In this document: piece after piece, positions 7,729 to 15,244 of the stretch
Position numbering within the stretch: the first letter of the stretch is position 1
Layout: every line of letters starts with the position of its first letter
Assembly: GCA_964534375.1 (NCBI GenBank)
Contig: CAZHPN010000142.1
Location: 1-16,614 of the forward strand
DNA from: an uncultured bacterium
GTDB taxonomy: Bacteria > Lernaellota > Lernaellaia > Lernaellales > Lernaellaceae
Length of the DNA stretch: 16,614 nucleotides
Reading direction: 5' to 3'
The notes under the pieces: generated by a model
Told to the model about the DNA's origin: nothing
Seen by the model: the letters and a program-made list of their open reading frames with translations, nothing else
The model's database searches: none
Translations under genes and position numbers: made by a program

Positions 7729-8967
7729 TCAGCAGCCGCAGCCGGTGGAACTCTTGGCCGCGCCGGGGGTCGGCGGCGCCGGCGACGTGTCGTCATCGAC
7801 GGGCGACAAGTCGTCGTCGGTGGGCGAGGCGTCGTCGTCGGGCGACGTGTCGTCGTCGGGCGAGGAATCGTCGTCGGGCGAGGCGTCGTCGTCCGGCGAG
7901 CTATCGTCGTCGGGCGAGGAATCGTCGTCCGGCGGCGTCGTGTCGTCGTCGGGCGAAACGTCGTCGTTGTCGTTGTCATTATCGTCGTTGTCGTCATTGT
8001 CGTCGTCGTCCGGCGTCGGCGTGCACGCGCCGTTCACGCAATCGGACCCCGCGGCGCACGCCTGGCACTGGGCGCCGGCCGCGCCGCAAGCCCCATCGGT
8101 ATTGCCCGGGAGGCATTGCGCGGCGGAGCAGCAGCCGCTCGTGCACGTGGTCGGATCGCACACGCATTGCCCGCCGTCGGTCGCGCTCTCGCAGGCCGTG
8201 CCCTGGCCGCAACTCGAACACTGCGCGCCCGCCGAGCCGCACTGATCGGCGGTTTGGCCGGCGAAGGTAATGCAGGTCGTGCCGCTGCAGCAGCCCTGCG
8301 GGCACGAGGTGGGCGTGCACGGGTACTGGCACGCGCTGTCGATGCACGTCTGACCGTTCGCGCACGCCTGGCAGGTATCGCCGCCCGAACCGCATTCGGC
8401 GTCGGTCGTCCCCGGGTAGCAGGTCTGCTGCTCCGCGTCGCAACAGCCGTAGGGGCACGACGTGCTGTTGCACGCCCCCGACGTGCAGGCGCCGTCGACG
8501 CAGTTCTTGCCCTCGCCGGCGCAGTTGACGCAGGCGGCGCCGCCGCTGCCGCAATAATCGGCTGCGGTTCCGGGCTGGCAGCCGCCGTCCGGCCCGCAGC
8601 AGCCGGTTGTGCACGTGCCCGGGAAGCAGCCGCCGCCCGCCGCGCACTGATGCGCGAAGGAGCAGTATTCGCCCTCGGTCGCGCAGTCCGTGCAGGCTTG
8701 CGCCAGGAAGCCGCAGGCGTCGTCGGCGGTCCCCAGTTGGCAGGCGCCGTTGGCGTCGCAGCAGCCGTAATAACAATTGGTGATGTCGCAGGCTTTGTCG
8801 CGCGCGCCGAGCGGGCGATCGGCCGGCGCAACGGACGCAAGCGCGCTCCACGGGATCGCCGGCGCCGCGATCGGACGAACGTCTTCGGCGAAAGCCGCGG
8901 TTCCGAGGCAGGCCAACAGGACCAGTGCGAAGAACAAGCGAAGGACCGGCGTGAGACAACTCTTCAT
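7729..8967 (-). CDS. Secreted cysteine-rich repeat protein (5 repeats of 10 Cys) with C-terminal acidic linker and terminal GCGC
   Basis: GGAGG before ATG8967; signal peptide ending AAFA; five CxxxxCxxGCC...C..G.....CG....CxxC...C...C units; DDD(S/A)SP repeats; ends SSTGCGC-stop. Confidence 0.88.
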   Translation of the reverse strand: MKSCLTPVLRLFFALVLLACLGTAAFAEDVRPIAAPAIPWSALASVAPADRPLGARDKACDITNCYYGCCDANGACQLGTADDACGFLAQACTDCATEGEYCSFAHQCAAGGGCFPGTCTTGCCGPDGGCQPGTAADYCGSGGAACVNCAGEGKNCVDGACTSGACNSTSCPYGCCDAEQQTCYPGTTDAECGSGGDTCQACANGQTCIDSACQYPCTPTSCPQGCCSGTTCITFAGQTADQCGSAGAQCSSCGQGTACESATDGGQCVCDPTTCTSGCCSAAQCLPGNTDGACGAAGAQCQACAAGSDCVNGACTPTPDDDDNDDNDDNDNDNDDVSPDDDTTPPDDDSSPDDDSSPDDDASPDDDSSPDDDTSPDDDASPTDDDLSPVDDDTSPAPPTPGAAKSSTGCGC

Positions 8968-9133
8968 CTGGGCAACCTCCCGAAACATGGTTGGGGCCTG
9001 CATTCGCCACCGAGCGCGCCTTCAGCGAAAAAACATTTGCGCGGCGGAAGATCGTCCCACGCAACAAAACAATGCACGGCGCCGCTCTTTGGATCTTGGT
9101 TTTCACCGGGGGCCGACAACGCCCGCCGCAGTG

Positions 9134-9163
9134 AACATACGCCGGTCGCCGCGGGCCGGTCAA
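9134..9163 (-). promoter_or_regulatory. Candidate sigma70 promoter for the Cys-rich gene
   Basis: Minus strand TTGACC-18 nt-TATGTT. Confidence 0.45.
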
Positions 9164-9179
9164 CCCCGAGGCGCTCCTC

Positions 9180-9209
9180 TTGCCGCCGCCGCCGCCTTCG
9201 TGTTATCGT
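9180..9209 (+). promoter_or_regulatory. Candidate extended -10 promoter for the TonB receptor operon
   Basis: TTGCCG-18 nt-TATCGT with TG at 9201-9202; TTCGTGTTA direct repeat at 9197-9205 and 9217-9225. Confidence 0.45.
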
Positions 9210-9311
9210 TTTTCCGTTCGTGTTAAGAGGCGCCGACCCATAAATTTTTCGCAAGTGAAGCGCCGGCGAGCCGGCATCGCCGGGTTGGCGTCAAACGGAG
9301 GGAGCGACGCG

Positions 9312-9893
9312 ATGTGGCACGCTAATTCGAGCGCGGCGGGGCCGAGAGCAAAACTTCTTGAAAGCGGCTGGCCGAGCGCGAGTGGCGTTTTTCGCACACG
9401 CTCGCGCCGATATTTTCCGATTGCCGGCGGGCTCGTCGTCGTCGTCGCTCTGGGCGTGCTGGCCGCGGCCTGCGCGGACATCGCCCCGGAAAGTCCGCAG
9501 GTCGTGGTCGTGAACAACATCGGCCCGGCCGTCATGATCAAAGGCGTCAGCGTCTCGGGTTGCGAGTGGGACGCGGTGCTCGAATACGGCCAGGCCACCG
9601 CGCCGCAACGCTGCCTCGCCGGTCACGACCGGGTTCACTTTCAGAAATACGACGCCATCGAGTATTGCCTCGGCCAGGCGAAAAACGCGACCATCGAGAA
9701 CCTCTGCCTATGCAGCGAGGAAGGCAGCGAGGCGTCGGACGTCGACGTCGGCCCGCCCACCGTGGCGCCCGTGTGGTTCAATTATCAAACGGTCTCGGTC
9801 AAGCATCTCGTCGCGGGCCGCTTCGATCGTTTCGTGCTGAACGCCGACGATTTGACGCAGGATTTTTCCATTCCCGGCCCGTATGGCCACTGA
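9312..9893 (+). CDS. Hypothetical lipoprotein (start uncertain)
   Basis: GGAGGGAG before ATG9312; hydrophobic LVVVVALGVLAAAC lipobox; ends 18 nt before the TonB receptor start. Confidence 0.7.
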   Translation: MWHANSSAAGPRAKLLESGWPSASGVFRTRSRRYFPIAGGLVVVVALGVLAAACADIAPESPQVVVVNNIGPAVMIKGVSVSGCEWDAVLEYGQATAPQRCLAGHDRVHFQKYDAIEYCLGQAKNATIENLCLCSEEGSEASDVDVGPPTVAPVWFNYQTVSVKHLVAGRFDRFVLNADDLTQDFSIPGPYGH

Positions 9894-9911
9894 CCTCGCG
9901 AACCGTCGCCG

Positions 9912-11786
9912 ATGACCACGCTCTGGCGCCCGATATTCCTGGCGATGTTGTTCGTCGCCGCGTTGGCCGCCGGCGCCGCGGCCGATGAAGGGGCTTCGCC
10001 CGCGGACGACGACGCCTCGCCCTACGAAATGCCGGAGGTGAACGTCACCGGCAAGCCGCAGGTCGACCAGGACAAGACCGAAGACACCCGCGTTATTACC
10101 GGCGAGACGATTCGCGAAAGCTCGCGGCCCAGCGTCTTCGAGGCGATCGCGCAGCACGACGCCGACGTGTATGTCACCTCGCGCGGCGTCGGGTTCCACG
10201 GCGTCTCGTCCGGCGCGTCGGGCGATATCGCGATTCGCGGCCTCGGCGGCGCGCCGACGACGCAGGTGCTGGTGATCGAAGACGGCGTGCCGGACGTGAT
10301 GGGCATCTTCGGGCACCCGATTCCCGACGCGTACGCGCCGTTCCTGATCGACCGCGTGCGCGTGGTCGAGGGCGGCGACTCCGTGTTGTACGGCAGCAAC
10401 GCGCTGGGCGGCGTGATCCTCATCGACAGCCGCTGGCGCAAGCCGGAGGGCTACGAACTGGACGCCGATTCGGCGTACGGCAGCTATCAGACGCTGCGCG
10501 ACACGGTCGGTTTTCTCGGCCACTGGGGCGGCTGGGACACGGCCGGCGCGTTCACGTATCTGACGTCGCAAGGGCACCGCGCGGGCGCCGGCGGCACGAA
10601 CCTGGTGGGGCAGGCGGACGCGCGCTGGTCGGCGCCGTCGGGCCTTTCGGTGACGGTGCGCGAGAAGATCGCGCATTTGCAAGGCGCGGACCCGGGGCCG
10701 GCGTCGCATCCGACGCCCGACAACTGGTATGACGTTTGGCGCGACGTGGTGTCGGCGAACGTCAGCTATGCGACGCCGCGGTTGGCCGTGCGCGCGATTC
10801 CGTACGCGAACATCGGCCAGCACGAGTTGTACAGCGGCTTCGTCTCGCACGACGGCACCTTCGGCGGCCTCGCGGAGGCCGAATGGCAGCCGGTCGATCC
10901 GCTGATTGCGCTGTTCGGCATCTCGGCGGACGACGTCGACGCCGATGCGAAGAACCCCGCGCTCGAACAGACGGAGCCGGTGCATCCGCTGCAAACGTAC
11001 GCGTTTTACAACCAGCTATCCTGGTCGCCGTGGCCGTCGCTGGCGCTCGTCGGCGGCACGCGCGAACTGGAAAGCCCGAAGTACGGGTTCGTCTTTCTTT
11101 ACAAGGGCGGCGCGAAGTGGACGTTCTTCCCCGGCTTCGACGTGCGCGCCCGCATCGTGAAGAATTTCCGCCAGCCGACGATCAGCGAGTTGTATATCCC
11201 ATTTCCCTCGAACAATCCGAATCTGAAGCCGGAAAACGCGCTCAACATCGACGCCGGGTTCGACATCGACGTGCCCCATTTCGAAGCGACGGTGACGGGC
11301 TATCGCACCTACGCGCAGAACTTTATCAAGTATTTCGGCGAGTGGCCCGCGTCCGAGGTCATCAACATCGATCAGCTTACGATTTACGGGGTGGAAGCGC
11401 ACCTAGGCGCGAAGAAGCTCGGACCGCTGAGCGTGTTTGTCGACGGCGATTATCAGGATGTCGGCCGCGACTACACGAAACAGAATCCGCGCGAAAAATA
11501 CGATTTCACGATCGAGGGCGAGCACCGTTGGGGCGCGCATCAATTCCTGGCCGATCTTTCCGGCGAATGGGTCCGCGGCCTCTACCAGGAAAACTTCGAG
11601 CGCGGGGCCATGCCCGACGTGTTCTTCATGGACCTGTCGCTGCGCTATCGCGTTTCGCTGCCGCGCGGCATAATGCTCTCGCCGTATCTGATCCTGCGCA
11701 ACTTGTTGAATGCGCAATACCAGTTTATCGAGGATTACCCCTTGCCGGGGCTGAACGCGTTGCTCGGCCTCGAAGTGGGAATTTGA
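9912..11786 (+). CDS. TonB-dependent outer membrane receptor
   Basis: Signal peptide; EVNVTG TonB-box-like; plug motifs IRGLGG, VLVIEDGVP, IDRVRVVEGGDSVLYGSNALGGVI; barrel motifs FRQPTISELY, NPNLKPE, LRNLLN...PG. Confidence 0.93.
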   Translation: MTTLWRPIFLAMLFVAALAAGAAADEGASPADDDASPYEMPEVNVTGKPQVDQDKTEDTRVITGETIRESSRPSVFEAIAQHDADVYVTSRGVGFHGVSSGASGDIAIRGLGGAPTTQVLVIEDGVPDVMGIFGHPIPDAYAPFLIDRVRVVEGGDSVLYGSNALGGVILIDSRWRKPEGYELDADSAYGSYQTLRDTVGFLGHWGGWDTAGAFTYLTSQGHRAGAGGTNLVGQADARWSAPSGLSVTVREKIAHLQGADPGPASHPTPDNWYDVWRDVVSANVSYATPRLAVRAIPYANIGQHELYSGFVSHDGTFGGLAEAEWQPVDPLIALFGISADDVDADAKNPALEQTEPVHPLQTYAFYNQLSWSPWPSLALVGGTRELESPKYGFVFLYKGGAKWTFFPGFDVRARIVKNFRQPTISELYIPFPSNNPNLKPENALNIDAGFDIDVPHFEATVTGYRTYAQNFIKYFGEWPASEVINIDQLTIYGVEAHLGAKKLGPLSVFVDGDYQDVGRDYTKQNPREKYDFTIEGEHRWGAHQFLADLSGEWVRGLYQENFERGAMPDVFFMDLSLRYRVSLPRGIMLSPYLILRNLLNAQYQFIEDYPLPGLNALLGLEVGI

Positions 11787-11804
11787 TTCGCGAAGGAGAG
11801 GCCG

Positions 11805-12212
11805 ATGCGGACGTTTTCGACGATCGTTGTCTTGTGCAGCGTGGTCGCGTGTTTGGGCGCGTGCGGCGGCAAGGCCCCGAGTGCGCCGGCGAATCTGCAC
11901 TATCAGCGCATTGTGCTGTCGCCCCTCGCGGTCGAGCAGCCGCTGCTGGAAGGTCCGCCGCAGACCGCCGGCATGCGCTCGGGCCGCGTCGTGCTGCAGC
12001 AGGGCAAGACCATGAGCCGGCATTCGACGCGCAGCAGCGAAGAGTTCCTGATTTTCCTGAAGGGCTCGGCGCGCGTGCAACTCGGCGACGACACGCTGAT
12101 CGTCAACGCCGGCGAGGCGCTGTACATCCCGCCGCAGACCTACCACGAATTGCACAACGACAACGCCGAGGAATGCCGCTACATCTACGTGGTGGCGCCG
12201 GCGCACCATTAG
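11805..12212 (+). CDS. Cupin domain lipoprotein
   Basis: AAGGAG RBS; LGAC lipobox; cupin motifs HST..SEEFLIFLKG and AGEALYIPPQTYHELHN. Confidence 0.85.
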   Translation: MRTFSTIVVLCSVVACLGACGGKAPSAPANLHYQRIVLSPLAVEQPLLEGPPQTAGMRSGRVVLQQGKTMSRHSTRSSEEFLIFLKGSARVQLGDDTLIVNAGEALYIPPQTYHELHNDNAEECRYIYVVAPAHH

Positions 12213-12278
12213 CCGCGGCGCGATCGTCGGCGCCGCCGGCGGCGAAAGCCTTTTACGGACTCACGGTGAAAGCGGGCC

Positions 12279-12602
12279 ATGGCGACAGTCACGAAAATCA
12301 AACGAGCGCTTCAGGCATTGGTCATCATCACGTTTACGGGCAATTTCGTCGTCCAGGGGCGCTTGATCAACACGTACCTGGCGTCCAGCCCGCCCAAGCC
12401 AAACCCGGAGGCGGGGCACACGTACGCCTTCCGGGCTCACGGCAACATTGTTTATGTTACGGAGAGGCAGCGGACCTTATACGACCGGGTGCGTTGGGGC
12501 CGGGGTCTTCTGGCCGCGGTCTGCATCATCGGCATGTTGTATGCCGACCAAGTCGAGAAAAGACGCCGGAAAAAACAAGAGGAATCCGGAAACTTCACGT
12601 AG
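12279..12602 (+). CDS. Small hypothetical membrane protein
   Basis: Two moderately hydrophobic segments flank PPKPNPEAGHTY...HGNIVYVT, followed by a basic tail. Fills the gap between called genes; weak RBS. Confidence 0.55.
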   Translation: MATVTKIKRALQALVIITFTGNFVVQGRLINTYLASSPPKPNPEAGHTYAFRAHGNIVYVTERQRTLYDRVRWGRGLLAAVCIIGMLYADQVEKRRRKKQEESGNFT

Positions 12603-12646
12603 GCCGCAGGGGGGCCGAATGCCGCGGCGCGTGCGCCGCACGCAAG

Positions 12647-13255
12647 TCACGGATAGGTCACGCCCAGTTCGCCGCTCAATATCGTTTTGGACTCGAGTTC
12701 GTCCGCGATGTCTTCCAACAAGACCGTGCCGGTTCGGAAGCCGATCGTGTCCCGCAGCGCGTAGATCGTGAACAGGAAGAGGTGCGATTCGCCGGCGGGC
12801 GGGCAGGGGCCGTCGTAGCCGACCGTGCCCGCGGCGGTGGTGATTTCCCAGGCGTCGCCGGGCAGTTGGCCGTTCTGCTGGTTTTGCACGATCGAACGGT
12901 AGTCCCCGGGGATATTGATCAGGCCCCACAGGACGGCCGGCGGCGTGACGCTCAGGTCGAGGAGCGTGATCGCAAAGGCGTTCGTGCCGTTCGGGGTGTA
13001 CTGCCAATACATCGGCGGCGATTGATTTTGTCCGTTCAGTTGCGCGCAGGCGTACGGCGTGCGCAGCTTGCCCTTCTGCGGCATGTGCGGCGACAGCAGC
13101 ACCATCGACGTGACCGGCGGACGCGCGACGTCGAGCGCGTCGGAAACCATGCTTGTCGCCGGCACGTTGCAGGCCGGCAGGCCGAGCAGGCACAGCGCGG
13201 CAACGAGCGCCGCGGCGAGCAGGCGAAGGTGCGGCTGGGGGCAATTGCGCGGCAT
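12647..13255 (-). CDS. YbhB/YbcL family Raf kinase inhibitor-like (PEBP) lipoprotein
   Basis: GAGG before ATG13255; LGLPAC lipobox; GQNQSPP, WGLINIP and GYDGPCPPAGESH..FTIYAL motifs. Confidence 0.85.
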   Translation of the reverse strand: MPRNCPQPHLRLLAAALVAALCLLGLPACNVPATSMVSDALDVARPPVTSMVLLSPHMPQKGKLRTPYACAQLNGQNQSPPMYWQYTPNGTNAFAITLLDLSVTPPAVLWGLINIPGDYRSIVQNQQNGQLPGDAWEITTAAGTVGYDGPCPPAGESHLFLFTIYALRDTIGFRTGTVLLEDIADELESKTILSGELGVTYP

Positions 13256-13407
13256 CCGGGTCCTCGGTGGTTCGTCAGATAATTTATAACAGGTTGCGCC
13301 GCAGAAGAAAGGCGGCGCCGGCGCGGGCGCCGGGAGACTGTACGCCATCGGCTTGACGACCAAACCGCAATCCGGCATAGGATTCGCCAACAGGAGGGCC
13401 GAAAACA

Positions 13408-14139
13408 ATGGCGATTTATCTGGTCACCGGCGCATGCTCGGGCATCGGCGAAGCCCTCGCGCGGCAATTGTGCGCCGCCGGGCACACGGTCTACGGCGTC
13501 GCGCGCCGCGGCGACAAACTGGCCGAATTGGCCGGCGCGAATTCGGGCCGGTTTTTCGCGTTTCCGGGCGACGTGACCGACAAGGATGCGGTGAGCCGGC
13601 TCTGCGCCGCGCTGCCGCAACTGCCGGATGTGCTGATCCTCAACGCCGGCGTCGGCGAAATGGACGCGAAGGCGGGCTTCGACCTGGCGTTGCACGAGCG
13701 GACGTTCGCCGTCAATTACTTCGGCGTCATGCACTTCATCGACGCCCTGCTGCCGCGGATGCAGGAGCGCGGCGCCGGCAAGATCGCCGCCGTGGCGAGC
13801 CTCGCCGCCTATCGCGGGCTGCCGCGGGCGGCCGCGTACGGCGCCAGCAAGGCCGCCCTGTCGGTCGCGATCGAGTCGTTTCGCGTGACGAATATCGCGC
13901 ACGGCGTGGAATTTCTCACGATTCACCCCGGTTTCGTGAAGACGCCGATGGCCGGCAACAGCACCGACCCGCGGCCCTTCGAGTGGCCCGTCGACAAAGC
14001 CGCCCGTTTCATTCTCGCCAGCATCGAAAAGGGCGACGAGAACATCAGCTTCCCCTGGTCGTTGCGCCTGGGCATCGGCCTCTTGTGGCTTTTCCCGGCC
14101 GGTCTTTACCGGCGCCTCGTCAGAAAATCGCAAAATTAA
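13408..14139 (+). CDS. Short-chain dehydrogenase/reductase (SDR)
   Basis: AGGAGG RBS; TGACSGIG, NAG, catalytic Ser, YGASK and PGFVKT motifs. Confidence 0.95.
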   Translation: MAIYLVTGACSGIGEALARQLCAAGHTVYGVARRGDKLAELAGANSGRFFAFPGDVTDKDAVSRLCAALPQLPDVLILNAGVGEMDAKAGFDLALHERTFAVNYFGVMHFIDALLPRMQERGAGKIAAVASLAAYRGLPRAAAYGASKAALSVAIESFRVTNIAHGVEFLTIHPGFVKTPMAGNSTDPRPFEWPVDKAARFILASIEKGDENISFPWSLRLGIGLLWLFPAGLYRRLVRKSQN

Positions 14140-14145
14140 TAAAGT

Positions 14146-14168
14146 GCGGGTTCCAGGACGGAACCCGC
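14146..14168 (-). terminator. Intrinsic terminator-like hairpin
   Basis: GCGGGTTCC/GGAACCCGC perfect 9-bp stem, followed on the minus strand by ACTTTATT. Confidence 0.65.
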
Positions 14169-14169
14169 G

Positions 14170-14260
14170 GGTGGTGAGGTTAGAGCAGTAACCTAGCTGA
14201 GGGAGTGATCCTCCCTCGGTGGGACTGAAGGCTTATGGCCTTTTCGTGCCCTCGCCTCCA
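14170..14260. ncRNA. Unassigned structured RNA candidate (four-way junction)
   Basis: Three adjacent hairpins enclosed by a closing stem in a non-coding gap between convergent genes; no family recognised. Confidence 0.5.
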
Positions 14261-14374
14261 ATTACTTAGTCGCCTGCCAGGATTTTTTCTTACGGGCCAT
14301 GTTGAGATTGTTTACTAATATGTTCACGAGAGGCCGGCAGCGCCTCTGTGGAATTTTGCGGGCTTCGCGGCGCC

Positions 14375-15025
14375 TTACGCCGCAGCCGCCGGCAGCAGAT
14401 AAAAGAAGATTCCGCAGAAGTGGCACGCGGCGCCGCCCAGCACAAACAAGTGCCAAATCGCGTGATGAAACGGAATGCGCCGGTTGGCGTAAAACGCGAC
14501 GCCGGCCGTGTAGGCGAGGCCGCCGCCGACGAGCCAGGCCATTCCGCCGCGCGGCACGGACGCGAGCAGCGGCTTGATCGCGATCACGATCAGCCAGCCC
14601 ATGCCGAGGTACAGGGCGATCGTCACGCGCGGGAAGCGATCCATGAACAGGACTTCGTGCAAAATGCCGACGGCCGCGAAACCCCAGACCAGGCCGAACA
14701 GCGTCCAGCCCCATGCGCCCTTCAGCGCGACGAGCGTGAACGGCGTATACGTGCCGGCGATCAGCAGGAAGATGGCCGAGTGGTCGAAGACGCGCAGCAG
14801 GCTTTTCGCGCGCGGCGCGGTCGCGAGGTGGTACAGCGTCGAGCAGAGGAACAGCAGCGTCAGGCTCGCCCCGTACACGCTGACGCTGACGATCAGCCGC
14901 GCATCGCCCCGCCGCGCCGCGAGTGTGGCCAGCGCCGCCATCCCGACGGCGCCAAGCGCCGCGCCGACGCCGTGCGTGACGCCGCTGACCAGCTCCTCGC
15001 GAGGGGTGTAGCGCGCTTCGGTCAT
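14375..15025 (-). CDS. trhA: Hemolysin III / PAQR family membrane protein (TrhA/YqfA-like)
   Basis: AAGGAG RBS; EELVSGVTHG, STLYH, DHSAIFLLIAGTYTPF and HAIWHLFVL motifs; ~7 hydrophobic segments. Confidence 0.95.
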   Translation of the reverse strand: MTEARYTPREELVSGVTHGVGAALGAVGMAALATLAARRGDARLIVSVSVYGASLTLLFLCSTLYHLATAPRAKSLLRVFDHSAIFLLIAGTYTPFTLVALKGAWGWTLFGLVWGFAAVGILHEVLFMDRFPRVTIALYLGMGWLIVIAIKPLLASVPRGGMAWLVGGGLAYTAGVAFYANRRIPFHHAIWHLFVLGGAACHFCGIFFYLLPAAAA

Positions 15026-15244
15026 GTCGATCTCCTTGGAACACCATTATGGGGCCAACGGCGCCGGCCGGCGAGGGGGCGCCGGGACCCCATTATCCCG
15101 ACGGCCTCAATCGCGTGCGTTCGTGTGAACAAATGCGTTGTCGGGCGCCTTCGCGGCCCGCCGGGCGCGCCGGCGGCCGACTGCTTTTCATCGCCCATGT
15201 TTTATGTTATCCGAGGAAACAACTTCCGATGCGGGGGTGGACCC

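Noticed and set aside
7700..7731. Selenocysteine or readthrough at GCGC-TGA
   Set aside because: No convincing SECIS directly after the TGA, and the downstream frame gives no TM segment or recognisable sequence.
6059..9243. Long plus-strand ORFs (728 aa, 514 aa)
   Set aside because: Antisense shadows of the FGE and Cys-rich genes in high-GC DNA, with no recognisable motifs.
9315..9330. Sigma54-like TGGCAC-N5-TTCG
   Set aside because: The -12 element lacks the conserved GC (TTGC), and the site lies inside the probable CDS.
10736..13282. 848-aa plus-strand ORF
   Set aside because: Arg/Ala-rich off-frame ORF overlapping four better-supported genes.
14146..14260. tRNA, tRNA-Sec, tmRNA or hammerhead ribozyme assignment
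   Set aside because: No TTCRA T-loop next to the acceptor stem, no anticodon arm geometry, too short for tmRNA, and no CUGANGA/GAAA core.
14348..15244. N-terminal extension of the 715-aa ORF
   Set aside because: Antisense to the hemolysin III gene. The real start is ATG15245, which begins a signal peptide.
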